Origin: an uncultured Clostridium sp.
Lineage (GTDB): Bacteria; Bacillota; Clostridia; TANB77; CAG-508
DNA length: 64,000 nucleotides
Assembly: GCA_947648905.1 (NCBI GenBank)
Contig: CANSPP010000007.1
Span: forward strand, 11,158 to 75,157
Direction: 5' to 3'
Below the pieces are notes generated by a model, which was given only the letters and a program-made list of their open reading frames with translations, was not told where the DNA came from and ran no database searches. Position numbers and translations under genes: made by a program. Shown here piece by piece: positions 31,809 to 41,455 of this stretch. Positions within the stretch are counted from its first letter, which is position 1; each line of letters starts with the position of its first letter.

Positions 31809-32444
31809 ATGAAGAAAAGTGAAGCAAAAGAATTCGTAGAAGTTTTACAAAAGACATACCCAGATGCAACTTGTAGTTTAGATTTTACTACTCCATTTGA
31901 ATTAGTTATAGCTGTTATGCTTTCTGCTCAATGTACTGATGAGAGAGTAAATAAAACTACTCCTGCACTATTCAACAGATGTAAAACTATTCAGGATTTT
32001 GCAGATATTGATATTAAAGAATTAGAGGATCTTATTCATCCTTGTGGATTTTATAAAAATAAAGCTAAAAATATAAAATTATGTGCTAAACAAGTTTTAG
32101 AAAATTTTAATGGTGTTGTTCCACATACTATGGAAGAATTAACTTCTCTTGCTGGTGTGGGTAGAAAAAGTGCTAATGTTATTATGTTAGAGGTTTTTGG
32201 AATTGCTCAAGGTATTGCTGTTGATACTCACGCTAAAAGGATTTCAAATTTAGTTGGTTTATCTAATAAGAAAGAACCTGAAAAAATTGAACAAGATTTG
32301 CTTAAAATTTTTCCAAAAGAGTGTTTAAAAGATATTAATCATTTATTTGTATGGCACGGCAGAAATACTTGTATTGCTAGAAAGCCTAAGTGTGAGGCTT
32401 GCTCAATTAATCATTGGTGTAAACACTACAAAAAAATAAATTAA
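31809..32444 (+). CDS. nth: endonuclease III
   Basis: 211 aa. HhH-GPD region (LAGVGRKSANV) and a C-terminal 4Fe-4S Cys cluster. Confidence 0.95.
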   Translation: MKKSEAKEFVEVLQKTYPDATCSLDFTTPFELVIAVMLSAQCTDERVNKTTPALFNRCKTIQDFADIDIKELEDLIHPCGFYKNKAKNIKLCAKQVLENFNGVVPHTMEELTSLAGVGRKSANVIMLEVFGIAQGIAVDTHAKRISNLVGLSNKKEPEKIEQDLLKIFPKECLKDINHLFVWHGRNTCIARKPKCEACSINHWCKHYKKIN

Positions 32445-32518
32445 TTATTTTATTGACTTTTATTAAATTAAGATATATATTCATTTTATTAAAATATAAA
32501 TTTTAGGAGGTATTTTTT

Positions 32519-33739
32519 ATGTTAAAAAACAAATTAAAAATAATTGCTTTATTAACATTAATCGTTTTAGCACTTACTACTCCTTTTGTAAATGCTGAAA
32601 ATGAAGCAGTAGAAGCAACATCTGATGAAAATTCTGCTGCAACCGCCACAGATGTTTCTGATGACGAAAATCCCCAAGAAGGAGAGCAAGCCCAAGATAC
32701 AACTACAGACAATAGTTTAAAAAGTTCTGATGCTTATCTATTTGGTGACACAATTACTGTAGATTACATAGTTGACGGAAATGCTTTTATTTTTGCAAAT
32801 AAAGTTGTAATCAATTCTCAAATTGGTGGAAACGTTTTTGTTTGTGCAAAAGAAGTTACTGTTGAAGAAAATGGATTTGTAGTTAATAGTCTATTCGGAT
32901 TTGCAGAAAAAATTACAGTTTCTGGTGTAGTATGCGATTTATATGCTGCTGCTAAAACTGTTGATGTTACAGGTTATATCTATAGAGATATGAGAACTGG
33001 TTCTGAAACATTAAACTTAACTGGAATTGTTGGAAGAGATGCTTTTGTTGAAGCTGATAAAATTAATTTTACAGCTTCTGATGAAAATTCTAATATTATT
33101 CAAGGAGCTACAATAGGTAACAATTTTAATTATACTTCTTCTGAAGAAATAACAATTCCTGAAAATATGGTTAAAGGTAATGTAGATTTTAAGAAATCAG
33201 TAGATGTTACTTCTATGAAATCAATTAATGATTACATTTTAGATTTAGGAACTTTTGTATGTACAGTTGCTGTTATTTGGTTATTAGCATTATGGTTAGC
33301 ACCTAAATTTGTTAAAAACCCTTATAACATATTATCTAAAAAAGTTTTACCAGTCCTTGGATATGGAATTTTAACACCAATTGTTTTTGCGTTTGCATTT
33401 GTTATATTCATTTTATTAGGTATTACTGCTAATATTGCATTATTATCATTGGCACTACTAGTTATGCTTATGGCTATTAGCTCAAGTGCTTTTGTAATCA
33501 CTGCAAATGGTTTAGTTTGCTCTAAACTAAAAATAGAAAAAACAATTCAAACTTTTGGAATTCTAATTATATCAGCTATTGTTTACTGGCTAATTACTTT
33601 AATTCCAATTGTTGGTTCTATAATAAGCTTAGTAGCTTGCATTATTGGTTTAGGAATTATTGTGTATAACATTCTTCCTTTAAAAGCAAAAGCTGATAAA
33701 ACTGAAGTTGTTGAAGCAAAATCAGATAAAACTAAATAA
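32519..33739 (+). CDS. hypothetical membrane protein: signal peptide, acidic linker, repeat-rich ectodomain, C-terminal TM bundle
   Basis: 406 aa. The topology is evident from the sequence. No confident family assignment. Confidence 0.5.
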   Translation: MLKNKLKIIALLTLIVLALTTPFVNAENEAVEATSDENSAATATDVSDDENPQEGEQAQDTTTDNSLKSSDAYLFGDTITVDYIVDGNAFIFANKVVINSQIGGNVFVCAKEVTVEENGFVVNSLFGFAEKITVSGVVCDLYAAAKTVDVTGYIYRDMRTGSETLNLTGIVGRDAFVEADKINFTASDENSNIIQGATIGNNFNYTSSEEITIPENMVKGNVDFKKSVDVTSMKSINDYILDLGTFVCTVAVIWLLALWLAPKFVKNPYNILSKKVLPVLGYGILTPIVFAFAFVIFILLGITANIALLSLALLVMLMAISSSAFVITANGLVCSKLKIEKTIQTFGILIISAIVYWLITLIPIVGSIISLVACIIGLGIIVYNILPLKAKADKTEVVEAKSDKTK

Positions 33740-33763
33740 TTAAAAGTTTAGAAATTAATAATA

Positions 33764-33800
33764 AAAAGAGAATTCAAATTTAATTGAATTCTCTTTTTTA
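33764..33800. terminator. bidirectional terminator (membrane protein gene / rpe)
   Basis: Stem AAAGAGAATTCAA ... TTGAATTCTCTTT. Confidence 0.8.
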
Positions 33801-34466
33801 TTTCTTTAGTTCTTTTATAATTACACTATAATCATTTGCCATTAAAATCGCAGTTCCTGCAACTAAAATATTTGCTCCAGCTTCTTTTACTTTTTCAGCT
33901 GTATTTAAGTTTATCCCGCCATCAGCTTCTATATCAATTTCAATCTTGTTTTCGTCTATATATTTTCTTAAAGTTGATATTTTTTGCACCATATCTGTTA
34001 ACAATGTTTGACCACCTTTGCCTGGTTCTACTGTCATAACTAAGCACATATGGATATGTGGTAGAAATTCATATACTTCTTCTATTTTCGTATCTGGCTT
34101 TACAGAAATTCCTACTTTGCAATTATTTTCTTTGATATATTTAATTAATTCATATACTTCTTCTTTGCTTTTGCAAGCCTCTAGATGAAATGTTATTATG
34201 TTTGGCTCTACTGCTAAAAAGTCATCAATTGCACTTTTAACATCCTCTACCATTAAATGTACATCTAGTGGCAAATTTGAAATTCTTCTTATATATGATG
34301 CATATTCTAGCATTTTTTGATAAGTGTCTTTTTCTACAAATTTTCCATCCATAACGTCAATGTGAAAATAATCTGTTTTTCCCGCTTCTAATTCTAAAAA
34401 AGCTGTATTTTCGTCTTCCTTTTTTAGTGATAATATTGATGTTGATACTTCAAATTCATTTACCAT
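33798..34466 (-). CDS. rpe: ribulose-phosphate 3-epimerase
   Basis: 222 aa. Contains the HIDVMDGKFV and HLMV motifs. Confidence 0.93.
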   Translation of the reverse strand: MVNEFEVSTSILSLKKEDENTAFLELEAGKTDYFHIDVMDGKFVEKDTYQKMLEYASYIRRISNLPLDVHLMVEDVKSAIDDFLAVEPNIITFHLEACKSKEEVYELIKYIKENNCKVGISVKPDTKIEEVYEFLPHIHMCLVMTVEPGKGGQTLLTDMVQKISTLRKYIDENKIEIDIEADGGINLNTAEKVKEAGANILVAGTAILMANDYSVIIKELKK

Positions 34467-35353
34467 TTTTTCCTACTCTCCTTTTCTTTTAGTTCTTCAT
34501 AAATTTTGCAAAATCTTGTATATCTTTCTTCTGTTATAATTCCTTTTTTTATCGCCTCTTTAATTCCGCAATTCTCCTCTTTTATATGCGTGCAACCTAC
34601 AAATTCGCAATTTTCTATATTTTCCTCAAACTCCTTAAAATATTTATCTAAGTCTTTACTCTCTATTTCGGAAATATCAAAAGTAGAAAATCCAGGTGTA
34701 TCTGCTATAAAAGTATTATCATCAATTTCATAAAGTTTTATTGCTGTTGTAGTATTTTTACCACGCTTATTCTTCTTGCTAATTTCACCTTCTTGTGTAA
34801 CATCTGTATTAAAAATTGCATTAATTAACGTAGATTTACCAACTCCAGAATTTCCAGAAAAAGCATTAATGTTATTTTTTAAAGCCTTCTTCAAGTCTTC
34901 TACTCCCTTTTGGCTTTTTGCTTCTGTTTCTATAACTTTATACCCAACTTTTTCATATACAGCTTTTATATTCTTAAATTGCTTATCTTTATCTAAATCA
35001 GTCTTATTTAAAACAATTAAAGCCTTAACCCCTAAAAACTCTACAAAAGCAAGTTGTTTATCAAGCATAAGTAAATCTGGTTTTGGGTCTTTGCTAGACA
35101 CCACAAACACAATCTGTGTTATATTCGCAAGCTTTGGTCTTTTTACATACACCTCTCTTGGCTTTATCTCATCAATTACAGCTATTTTCTTATCTTCGTC
35201 AACAATATCTATCTCTACTTTATCTCCAACAACAGGGCTAATCTCTTCTTTCTTGAATTTTCCTCTTGCTGTTGCCTCATACATTTGCTTTGTTGGCTTT
35301 TCTACTGCTATTTTATATAAATTTGAAATACTCTCTACTATGATTCCTTGCAT
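34460..35353 (-). CDS. rsgA: ribosome small subunit-dependent GTPase A
   Basis: 297 aa. Circularly permuted GTPase (NKTDL ... GNSGVGKST) with a C-terminal zinc-binding Cys/His cluster. Confidence 0.93.
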   Translation of the reverse strand: MQGIIVESISNLYKIAVEKPTKQMYEATARGKFKKEEISPVVGDKVEIDIVDEDKKIAVIDEIKPREVYVKRPKLANITQIVFVVSSKDPKPDLLMLDKQLAFVEFLGVKALIVLNKTDLDKDKQFKNIKAVYEKVGYKVIETEAKSQKGVEDLKKALKNNINAFSGNSGVGKSTLINAIFNTDVTQEGEISKKNKRGKNTTTAIKLYEIDDNTFIADTPGFSTFDISEIESKDLDKYFKEFEENIENCEFVGCTHIKEENCGIKEAIKKGIITEERYTRFCKIYEELKEKESRKKW

Positions 35354-35370
35354 TCACTCTCTCCTTGCAT

Positions 35371-35410
35371 CCAATTTGGGACATTTGGGGACGTTTCCTT
35401 TTTGTCCAAT
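35371..35410. repeat. GGGGACG-core repeat, subfamily A, rearranged copy
   Basis: CCAATTTGGGACATTTGGGGACGTTTCCTTTTTGTCCAAT, between the prkC stop and the rsgA start. Confidence 0.75.
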
Positions 35411-35520
35411 TCTTGAACACATTTATTTACTTTTATTATATTTGAATTGTAGCATTATTATTTTATTTTGTCAAAATTTTAAGGGAACGAATAATCCATC
35501 GCTCCCTCCTTAATTAATTT

Positions 35521-37488
35521 TTATTCAAAAGTACAAGATGTTGTTGTATTTAAGTTAATTTCCTTTGTTCCTTTTAAAATATCATCTACATACACTTTTA
35601 TAGTCACATTACCCTTTGCATTAAAGTTTGCAGTTATGTTTGTTGATGTCTTTTCTTTTGTTTCATTGTATATAGTGTCATTTCCCACTACTATTTTTAC
35701 TTTTCCTTTTTCTATTACTTCTTCTCCGTCTTCATCTTTTGATGGAGTATAGTTTAGTAATGATTTTAAGTTTACTGTTACTTTTCCTTGTTTCATCTCT
35801 GCCAATTTATTTATCGTTACAGTTATTGTTGTTCCCTCGTCTACTGTCTTTCCTGCTTCAATGCTTTGTTTTAGTACTACTCCATTATCTTTTGAAGAAT
35901 CTTCGTCATAAGCTATATTAACCTTTAGTCCTAATGCTTCTAATGATTTTTTAGCATCTTCTTCTGTTTTTCCAGCTACACTAATTACATTTACTTGTTT
36001 TATTCCTGTTCCTATACTTACGTGAATTTTTACTGTATCACCAGCAAATGCTTCTGTGTCTGGGTCTGTTTCTTGGCTAATTACATATCCTTCTTCTACT
36101 TTTTTACTTGTTTCTTCAATTATTTCTACTTCTAGTTTAGCATCTTTTAAAGCTTGTTCTGCCTCTTCTTTTTCTAATCCTACTACTTTTGGCACTGTTG
36201 TTTTTTCTTGTCCTTTACTTACAATTACGCTAATTTTGCTTCCTTCTTTTACTGTTGGTAAGTTAGTTACATCTTTTACGTGATTTCCTATTTCTGTTTT
36301 TAGTGATATAATGTGTCCTTCTGGCACATCTTTGTTATATTCTTCTTTTTCTACTTCATATACCAATTTTGCTTCTTCAATTTTTTGTTTTGCTTCTTCT
36401 TGTGATATTCCAATTATATCTGGCACTTTTACTTCTGCTGGGTTTGTTAGTTTTAATGCTAACATTGTTCCGCCCAAACTTAGTGCAAATAATAGTATTA
36501 ATCCTATTACTATGCTTAGCTTTTTATGATTTTTTATGAATGCCACAAATTTGTTGTCTTTTTTACCTTTATTTTTTTGCGCATTTCTATATTGATTTGT
36601 ATTTATTACTTGTGTTCTTGCTGTTGGGTCATATTCCACATCATCAATAAATTCTCCATCTGGGTCTTTTAGCGCTTTTTTTAGGTCTTCTAACATTTCT
36701 GTTGCTGTTTGATATCTAAGTGTTGTATCTTTTTGTAAAGCTCTCATTATTATTTTATTTACTGCCATTGGTACATTTGGATTTACTTCTATTGGTTCTT
36801 CTGGTTCTTCTTGCATATGTTTTAATGCAACTGAAACTGGTGTATCTGCATCAAATGGAACTCTTCCTGTTACCATTTCGTACATTACTACACCTAAAGA
36901 ATATAAGTCAGATTTCGCATCTGTAAATCCACCTCTTGCGTGTTCTGGCGAGAAGTAGTGTACTGAACCTATTGTTTTTCCAAATGCTGTTATTGTTGAA
37001 TTTGATACAGCTTTTGCTATTCCAAAATCTGTTACTTTTGCTACTCCATCTTCTGTTATTATTATGTTATGTGGCTTTATATCTCTATGAACAATATTAT
37101 TTCTGTGTGCCATTTCTAGTGCTGACGCTATTTGTATCGCAACATTTATTGACCATTTCCAAGGTAGTGGTCCTCTTTCCTTTATTATAATTTCTTTTAG
37201 TGTTTTTCCTTGTATTAACTCCATTACTATGTAATATAAGTTTCCATCTACACCTACATCATAAATTGATACTATGTTTGCGTGTGCTAATCTTGCTGCT
37301 GATTGTGCTTCTGCTTCAAATCTTCTTATAAATTCTTCGTCTGTTGTAAATTCATCTCTTAATATTTTTACTGCAACATTTCTTTTTAGTACTTTGTCTA
37401 TTGCTTTGTATACAGTAGCCATTCCACCATTTCCTACTTTTTCGATTATCTCATATCGACTACCTAGTAGTTTACCTTCTAAATTCAT
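35521..37488 (-). CDS. prkC: Ser/Thr protein kinase PrkC/PknB with PASTA repeats
   Basis: 655 aa. Kinase domain (HRDIKPHN, DFG), a TM helix, and three PASTA-like repeats. Confidence 0.93.
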   Translation of the reverse strand: MNLEGKLLGSRYEIIEKVGNGGMATVYKAIDKVLKRNVAVKILRDEFTTDEEFIRRFEAEAQSAARLAHANIVSIYDVGVDGNLYYIVMELIQGKTLKEIIIKERGPLPWKWSINVAIQIASALEMAHRNNIVHRDIKPHNIIITEDGVAKVTDFGIAKAVSNSTITAFGKTIGSVHYFSPEHARGGFTDAKSDLYSLGVVMYEMVTGRVPFDADTPVSVALKHMQEEPEEPIEVNPNVPMAVNKIIMRALQKDTTLRYQTATEMLEDLKKALKDPDGEFIDDVEYDPTARTQVINTNQYRNAQKNKGKKDNKFVAFIKNHKKLSIVIGLILLFALSLGGTMLALKLTNPAEVKVPDIIGISQEEAKQKIEEAKLVYEVEKEEYNKDVPEGHIISLKTEIGNHVKDVTNLPTVKEGSKISVIVSKGQEKTTVPKVVGLEKEEAEQALKDAKLEVEIIEETSKKVEEGYVISQETDPDTEAFAGDTVKIHVSIGTGIKQVNVISVAGKTEEDAKKSLEALGLKVNIAYDEDSSKDNGVVLKQSIEAGKTVDEGTTITVTINKLAEMKQGKVTVNLKSLLNYTPSKDEDGEEVIEKGKVKIVVGNDTIYNETKEKTSTNITANFNAKGNVTIKVYVDDILKGTKEINLNTTTSCTFE

Positions 37489-37581
37489 ATTTATCTCATT
37501 CCTTCCTTTAAGGAGTAAATCAGAATGAATAGTATATTATTCAACCTTATCTTTCCTTATTTTATGTCCATTTGTGGATTG

Positions 37582-38317
37582 TTATATGTTTTTTATGATT
37601 ATAACTGTTATATTGTCATAACCGCCGTTGTCATTTGCTTTTTTCACCAATTCTTTTGGTGCTTGTTCTATATCTTTTTTGGCTTCATTAAAGATTTCCT
37701 CTACTGATACTAAATTTGTCAGTCCATCTGAGTTCATTATTAATATATCATCTTTTAGAAATCCTTTTACCATAACATCTGGTTCTACAAATGCATTACA
37801 ACCGCAGTGCTTTCATTAACATATTTTTTTGTGGATGGTGCTGTGCTTCTTCTTGTGTTATTGTGCCATCTTTTACTAGTTTTTGTACATAACTGTGGTC
37901 TTGTGTTAGCTTTCTCATAAATTCTTTTCTAATTCTGTATATTCTGCTGTCTCCTACATGCCCAATAAATACTTTATTATTATATATTAAACAAATTTCT
38001 AATGTAGTACCCATTCCTTCTAATTCTTTGTTTTCTTTTGATTTTTCATATACTACCATATTTGCATATTCAATACTACTTCCAATTAGTTGAATTATGC
38101 TATCTCTATCTTTTTCTATTTCTTTAAAATTATTTTCTATGTAATTTTTGGCGGTTTGTATTGCTAGTTTACTTGCTACCTCTCCACCATTATAGCCTCC
38201 CATTCCGTCTGCTAACATATACAATTGTACTTCTGATAGGGAATCTGATATGTAAAAAGAATCTTGGTTTATTTCTCTTACTTTTCCTATGTCTGATTTT
38301 GCATAAGCTTTAATCAT
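37582..38317 (-). CDS. stp: PP2C-family Ser/Thr phosphatase Stp/PrpC, interrupted by a +1 frame break at CGG 37802..37804
   Basis: ATG 38317 (MIKAYAKSDIGKVREINQDSF). Track pieces are 37796..38374 and 37582..37773. CTG C GGT TGT restores ...NMLMKAL-GCNAFVEPDVMVKGF...SDGLTN. Total 244 aa. Confidence 0.9.
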
Positions 38318-38394
38318 ATATTCACCTCTTTTTCTTTCCATTTCCTTTATATCACAACTTTGTTTTTTTTGCAATATTTTCTATATAAATTTGA

Positions 38395-38467
38395 TGTCCA
38401 ATTGGGGACGTTTCCTTTCTGGACATTTTTAAAGTATGTCCAAGAAAGAAACGTCCCCAATTGGACA
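38395..38467. repeat. GGGGACG-core repeat, subfamily A, inverted pair
   Basis: TGTCCAATTGGGGACGTTTCCTTTCTGGACA (38395..38425) and TGTCCAAGAAAGAAACGTCCCCAATTGGACA (38437..38467) are separated by 11 nt. They lie in the divergent stp/mutS2 intergenic region. Confidence 0.9.
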
Positions 38468-38520
38468 TTTTCCCATTTTTCCTGTATAATAGTAGCAGTA
38501 TAAATTTAGGAGATTTTATT

Positions 38521-40920
38521 ATGAGCACATATTTAGATAAATTAGAATTTAATAAGATATTAGAAAATTTAGAAAACTACTGTATAACAATTCAAGGAAA
38601 GACCTTGGCAACCAGCTTAGTTCCTAGTAATGTAACAGATACAGTACGAATTTTATTAAGTGAAACTGAGGAAGCTGTAAACTTAATTTATAGAAATTCT
38701 ATACCAAGTTTTTATGAGATTAATCCAATTGATGTAGAACTAAAGAAACTTGAAAGTGGTATTTCTCTTTCTTGTAAAGAGCTTTTGAATTTAAACAAAA
38801 TTTTCAAAACAGCTTTTAATTTAAAAGAATATTTTGATAAAGATTTTTTAGATTTAAATGATTTTCCTATTTTGTCTTCTTTATTTGAAAAACTTTATTT
38901 TAATAAGAATATTATGGATAAAATTGATTCTTGTATATTAGAAGTGTCCAATAAAGAAACGTCCCCAATTGGACAAATTGATGATAAGGCTTCTTCCACT
39001 TTGCAATCTATTAGGAAGAAAAAGAGAAATTTAGAATTAGATATTCGTGAAAAGTTGAATAATATGGTTCATTCTTCTAGCTATTCTAAATATATTCAAG
39101 AGAACATTATTACTATTCGTAATGAACGTTTTGTTATACCTGTAAAAGAAGAGTACCGTTCACAGATAAAAGGATTTGTCCATGATATTTCAAATGCTGG
39201 TTCTACTGTGTTTATTGAGCCTATTGCAGTTTTTGAGATGAATAATGATTTAAGTAAATTGAAAATTGAAGAGGAAATTGAGATAGAGAAAATTTTGCAA
39301 GAACTTAGTTCTTTATTTGCGCCATATGTTGAAGAACTTCAGTCTTCTCTTGATTTAATTGGAAGATTAGACTTTATTTTTGCAAAAGCAAAATATTCTA
39401 AAGAGATTAAAGGAATTACTCCAAAAATTAATAGCAAAAAAGAAATAAATTTAATTAATGCAAGACATCCTCTAATTGCTAAAGAAAAAGCTGTTCCTAT
39501 TTCCGTAAATTTAGGAATTAATTTTTCTACACTTTTAATTACTGGACCAAATACTGGTGGTAAGACTGTCGCTTTAAAAACTGTTGGACTGCTTTGTTCT
39601 ATGGCTTGTAGTGGTCTTAATATTCCAGCAGATGAGAAGTCTAGTGTTTATGTTTTTTCTAATATTTTCTCAGATATTGGAGATGACCAAAGTATTTCAG
39701 ATTCTTTGAGTACTTTTTCTTCTCATATGATTAATCTTGTTGAAATATTAAAAAATGTAACTGAAAATTCTCTTGTTTTGGTTGATGAACTGGGCTCTGG
39801 TACTGACCCTATTGAAGGTGCAAATCTTGCTATTGCTATTTTGGCTCATTTAAAAAATGTTGGAGCTTTAACAATTGCAACTACTCATTATCAAGAGTTG
39901 AAACAATATGCACTTGTAACTGATGGTTTTGAAAATGCTTCTGTTGAGTTTGATGTTTCTACTTTAACTCCAACCTATAAGCTATTGGTTGGTATTCCTG
40001 GCAAGAGTAATGCTTTTGAAATTAGTAAAAATCTTGGATTGGACGATAACATTATTTCTGAGGCAAAATCTCTTATGACTTCTAACCAAGTTAATATAGA
40101 AGAATTGCTTAAAAATATCTACGATAACAAAGCTGAAATTGAAAAGGAAAAGGCTGAAATTGATAGTAAATTACAAAACATTTCAACTTTAGAAAGCAAA
40201 TTGCAAAGCGACTACGAAACTTTAAAAAATAAAGAACAAGAACTGATTTCTAATGCTAAAATTAAAGCCAGAAATATTTTATTAGACGCCAAAGACGAAG
40301 CAAATGAAATTATAAAGCAGATGAATACGCTCTCTTCTTCTGATAGAAAACTTGCAGATTCTATGAGAAATAAGCTAAATGAAAAAATCAAAAATACTAA
40401 TAACATAGAAGAAAATCACAATTCTTCAGATAAAGAAAGAGTTCAAACTCTTACACCAAATGACATCAAACTTAATATGGAAGTTTTTGTTAGATCTTTT
40501 GAAAAAAATGGAATTGTTGTTTCTCACATTTCTAAATCTAATGAAGTTCAAGTTCAAATTGGAATGCTTAAAACAAATATAAAATTAAGTGACTTGGAAT
40601 TAGTAAAAACAAATTCAGCAAAGAAAACTCCAAAAGTTCAAACTTCTGGATATGGTAGCTTTAATAAATCAAAAACTGTTAAATCTGAGGTTAATGTTAT
40701 TGGATTAAATGTTGAAGAAGCACTTTTCGTAGTTGATAAATTTTTAGATGACTGTAGTTTAGCTAAACTTAAAACTGTTCGCATTGTTCACGGCAAAGGT
40801 ACTGGCAAATTAAAAAACAGCATTCATCAATTTTTGAAAACTAATTCTCATATTGATTCTTATCGATTAGGCACTTATGGAGAAGGCGAATCTGGAGTTA
40901 CTGTTGTTACTCTCAAATAA
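38521..40920 (+). CDS. mutS2: endonuclease MutS2 (carries an in-frame repeat insertion)
   Basis: ATG 38521 after a TAGGAG RBS (MSTYLDKLEFNKILE). Walker A GPNTGGKT and a C-terminal Smr domain. The track's start at 38461 reads through an intergenic repeat and is rejected. Confidence 0.95.
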   Translation: MSTYLDKLEFNKILENLENYCITIQGKTLATSLVPSNVTDTVRILLSETEEAVNLIYRNSIPSFYEINPIDVELKKLESGISLSCKELLNLNKIFKTAFNLKEYFDKDFLDLNDFPILSSLFEKLYFNKNIMDKIDSCILEVSNKETSPIGQIDDKASSTLQSIRKKKRNLELDIREKLNNMVHSSSYSKYIQENIITIRNERFVIPVKEEYRSQIKGFVHDISNAGSTVFIEPIAVFEMNNDLSKLKIEEEIEIEKILQELSSLFAPYVEELQSSLDLIGRLDFIFAKAKYSKEIKGITPKINSKKEINLINARHPLIAKEKAVPISVNLGINFSTLLITGPNTGGKTVALKTVGLLCSMACSGLNIPADEKSSVYVFSNIFSDIGDDQSISDSLSTFSSHMINLVEILKNVTENSLVLVDELGSGTDPIEGANLAIAILAHLKNVGALTIATTHYQELKQYALVTDGFENASVEFDVSTLTPTYKLLVGIPGKSNAFEISKNLGLDDNIISEAKSLMTSNQVNIEELLKNIYDNKAEIEKEKAEIDSKLQNISTLESKLQSDYETLKNKEQELISNAKIKARNILLDAKDEANEIIKQMNTLSSSDRKLADSMRNKLNEKIKNTNNIEENHNSSDKERVQTLTPNDIKLNMEVFVRSFEKNGIVVSHISKSNEVQVQIGMLKTNIKLSDLELVKTNSAKKTPKVQTSGYGSFNKSKTVKSEVNVIGLNVEEALFVVDKFLDDCSLAKLKTVRIVHGKGTGKLKNSIHQFLKTNSHIDSYRLGTYGEGESGVTVVTLK
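38945..38975. repeat. GGGGACG-core repeat, subfamily A, copy inside the mutS2 coding sequence
   Basis: TGTCCAATAAAGAAACGTCCCCAATTGGACA is translated in frame as VSNKETSPIGQ. Confidence 0.9.
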
Positions 40921-40934
40921 AAAATTTTATATTA

Positions 40935-40965
40935 AAAGGACATCAAATAATTTGATGTCCTTTTA
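40935..40965. terminator. bidirectional terminator (mutS2 / orphan ORF)
   Basis: Stem AGGACATCAAA ... TTTGATGTCCT followed by TTT. Confidence 0.8.
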
Positions 40966-41388
40966 TGACTTTGTGAATCTTTTTTCATGCCTTGAGAATC
41001 TTGCAACTCTTGTCATTTTGTATTTGGCTTCGCTTATTGCTGACCAAACTAATTGATAAGTAATTACAGATTCAATTAGCTCATCTGTCAGTTGTTCAAT
41101 ATTGAGTCTAATTGCTTTAGTTACAGCTTCTTTCAATATTGCTGAAATAATGTTATCAATTATTTCAGTCTGAATAGATTCTTTGTTATATTTAGAAGTA
41201 TCTTCTAAATATGAGCCTTTGATTTCCTCCATTACTTCTTTTGGAATGTGTTCTTCTAAAAGCTCCCGAATATACTCTTCGTCGACAATTGCTTGAAGCT
41301 TTTCTTTGCTTTTTTTACCAAATACATTGTCAGCAATACGAATCTTCTCAATGCTAGAAAGTACGTCAATTGGTTTGTTTTGATTCAT
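40963..41388 (-). CDS. orphan hypothetical protein, compositionally atypical, contains an in-frame CGG
   Basis: ATG 41388 after a GGAGGA RBS (MNQNKPIDVLSSIEKIRIADNVF...), 141 aa. In-frame CGG at 41266..41268 (EEYI-R-ELLEE). No recognised family. Confidence 0.45.
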   Translation of the reverse strand: MNQNKPIDVLSSIEKIRIADNVFGKKSKEKLQAIVDEEYIRELLEEHIPKEVMEEIKGSYLEDTSKYNKESIQTEIIDNIISAILKEAVTKAIRLNIEQLTDELIESVITYQLVWSAISEAKYKMTRVARFSRHEKRFTKS

Positions 41389-41455
41389 ATAGTCCTCCAT
41401 ACACAAGCTTACTTGCTTGCTACTGTTATTATTATAACATATAAAATTTAATAAA

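Noticed and set aside
38461-38520. The ORF-track N-terminal extension of mutS2 (MDIFPFFLYNSSSINLGDFI).
   Set aside because: It starts inside repeat unit A4 with a non-ATG codon. ATG 38521 has a TAGGAG RBS and gives the canonical MutS2 N-terminus.
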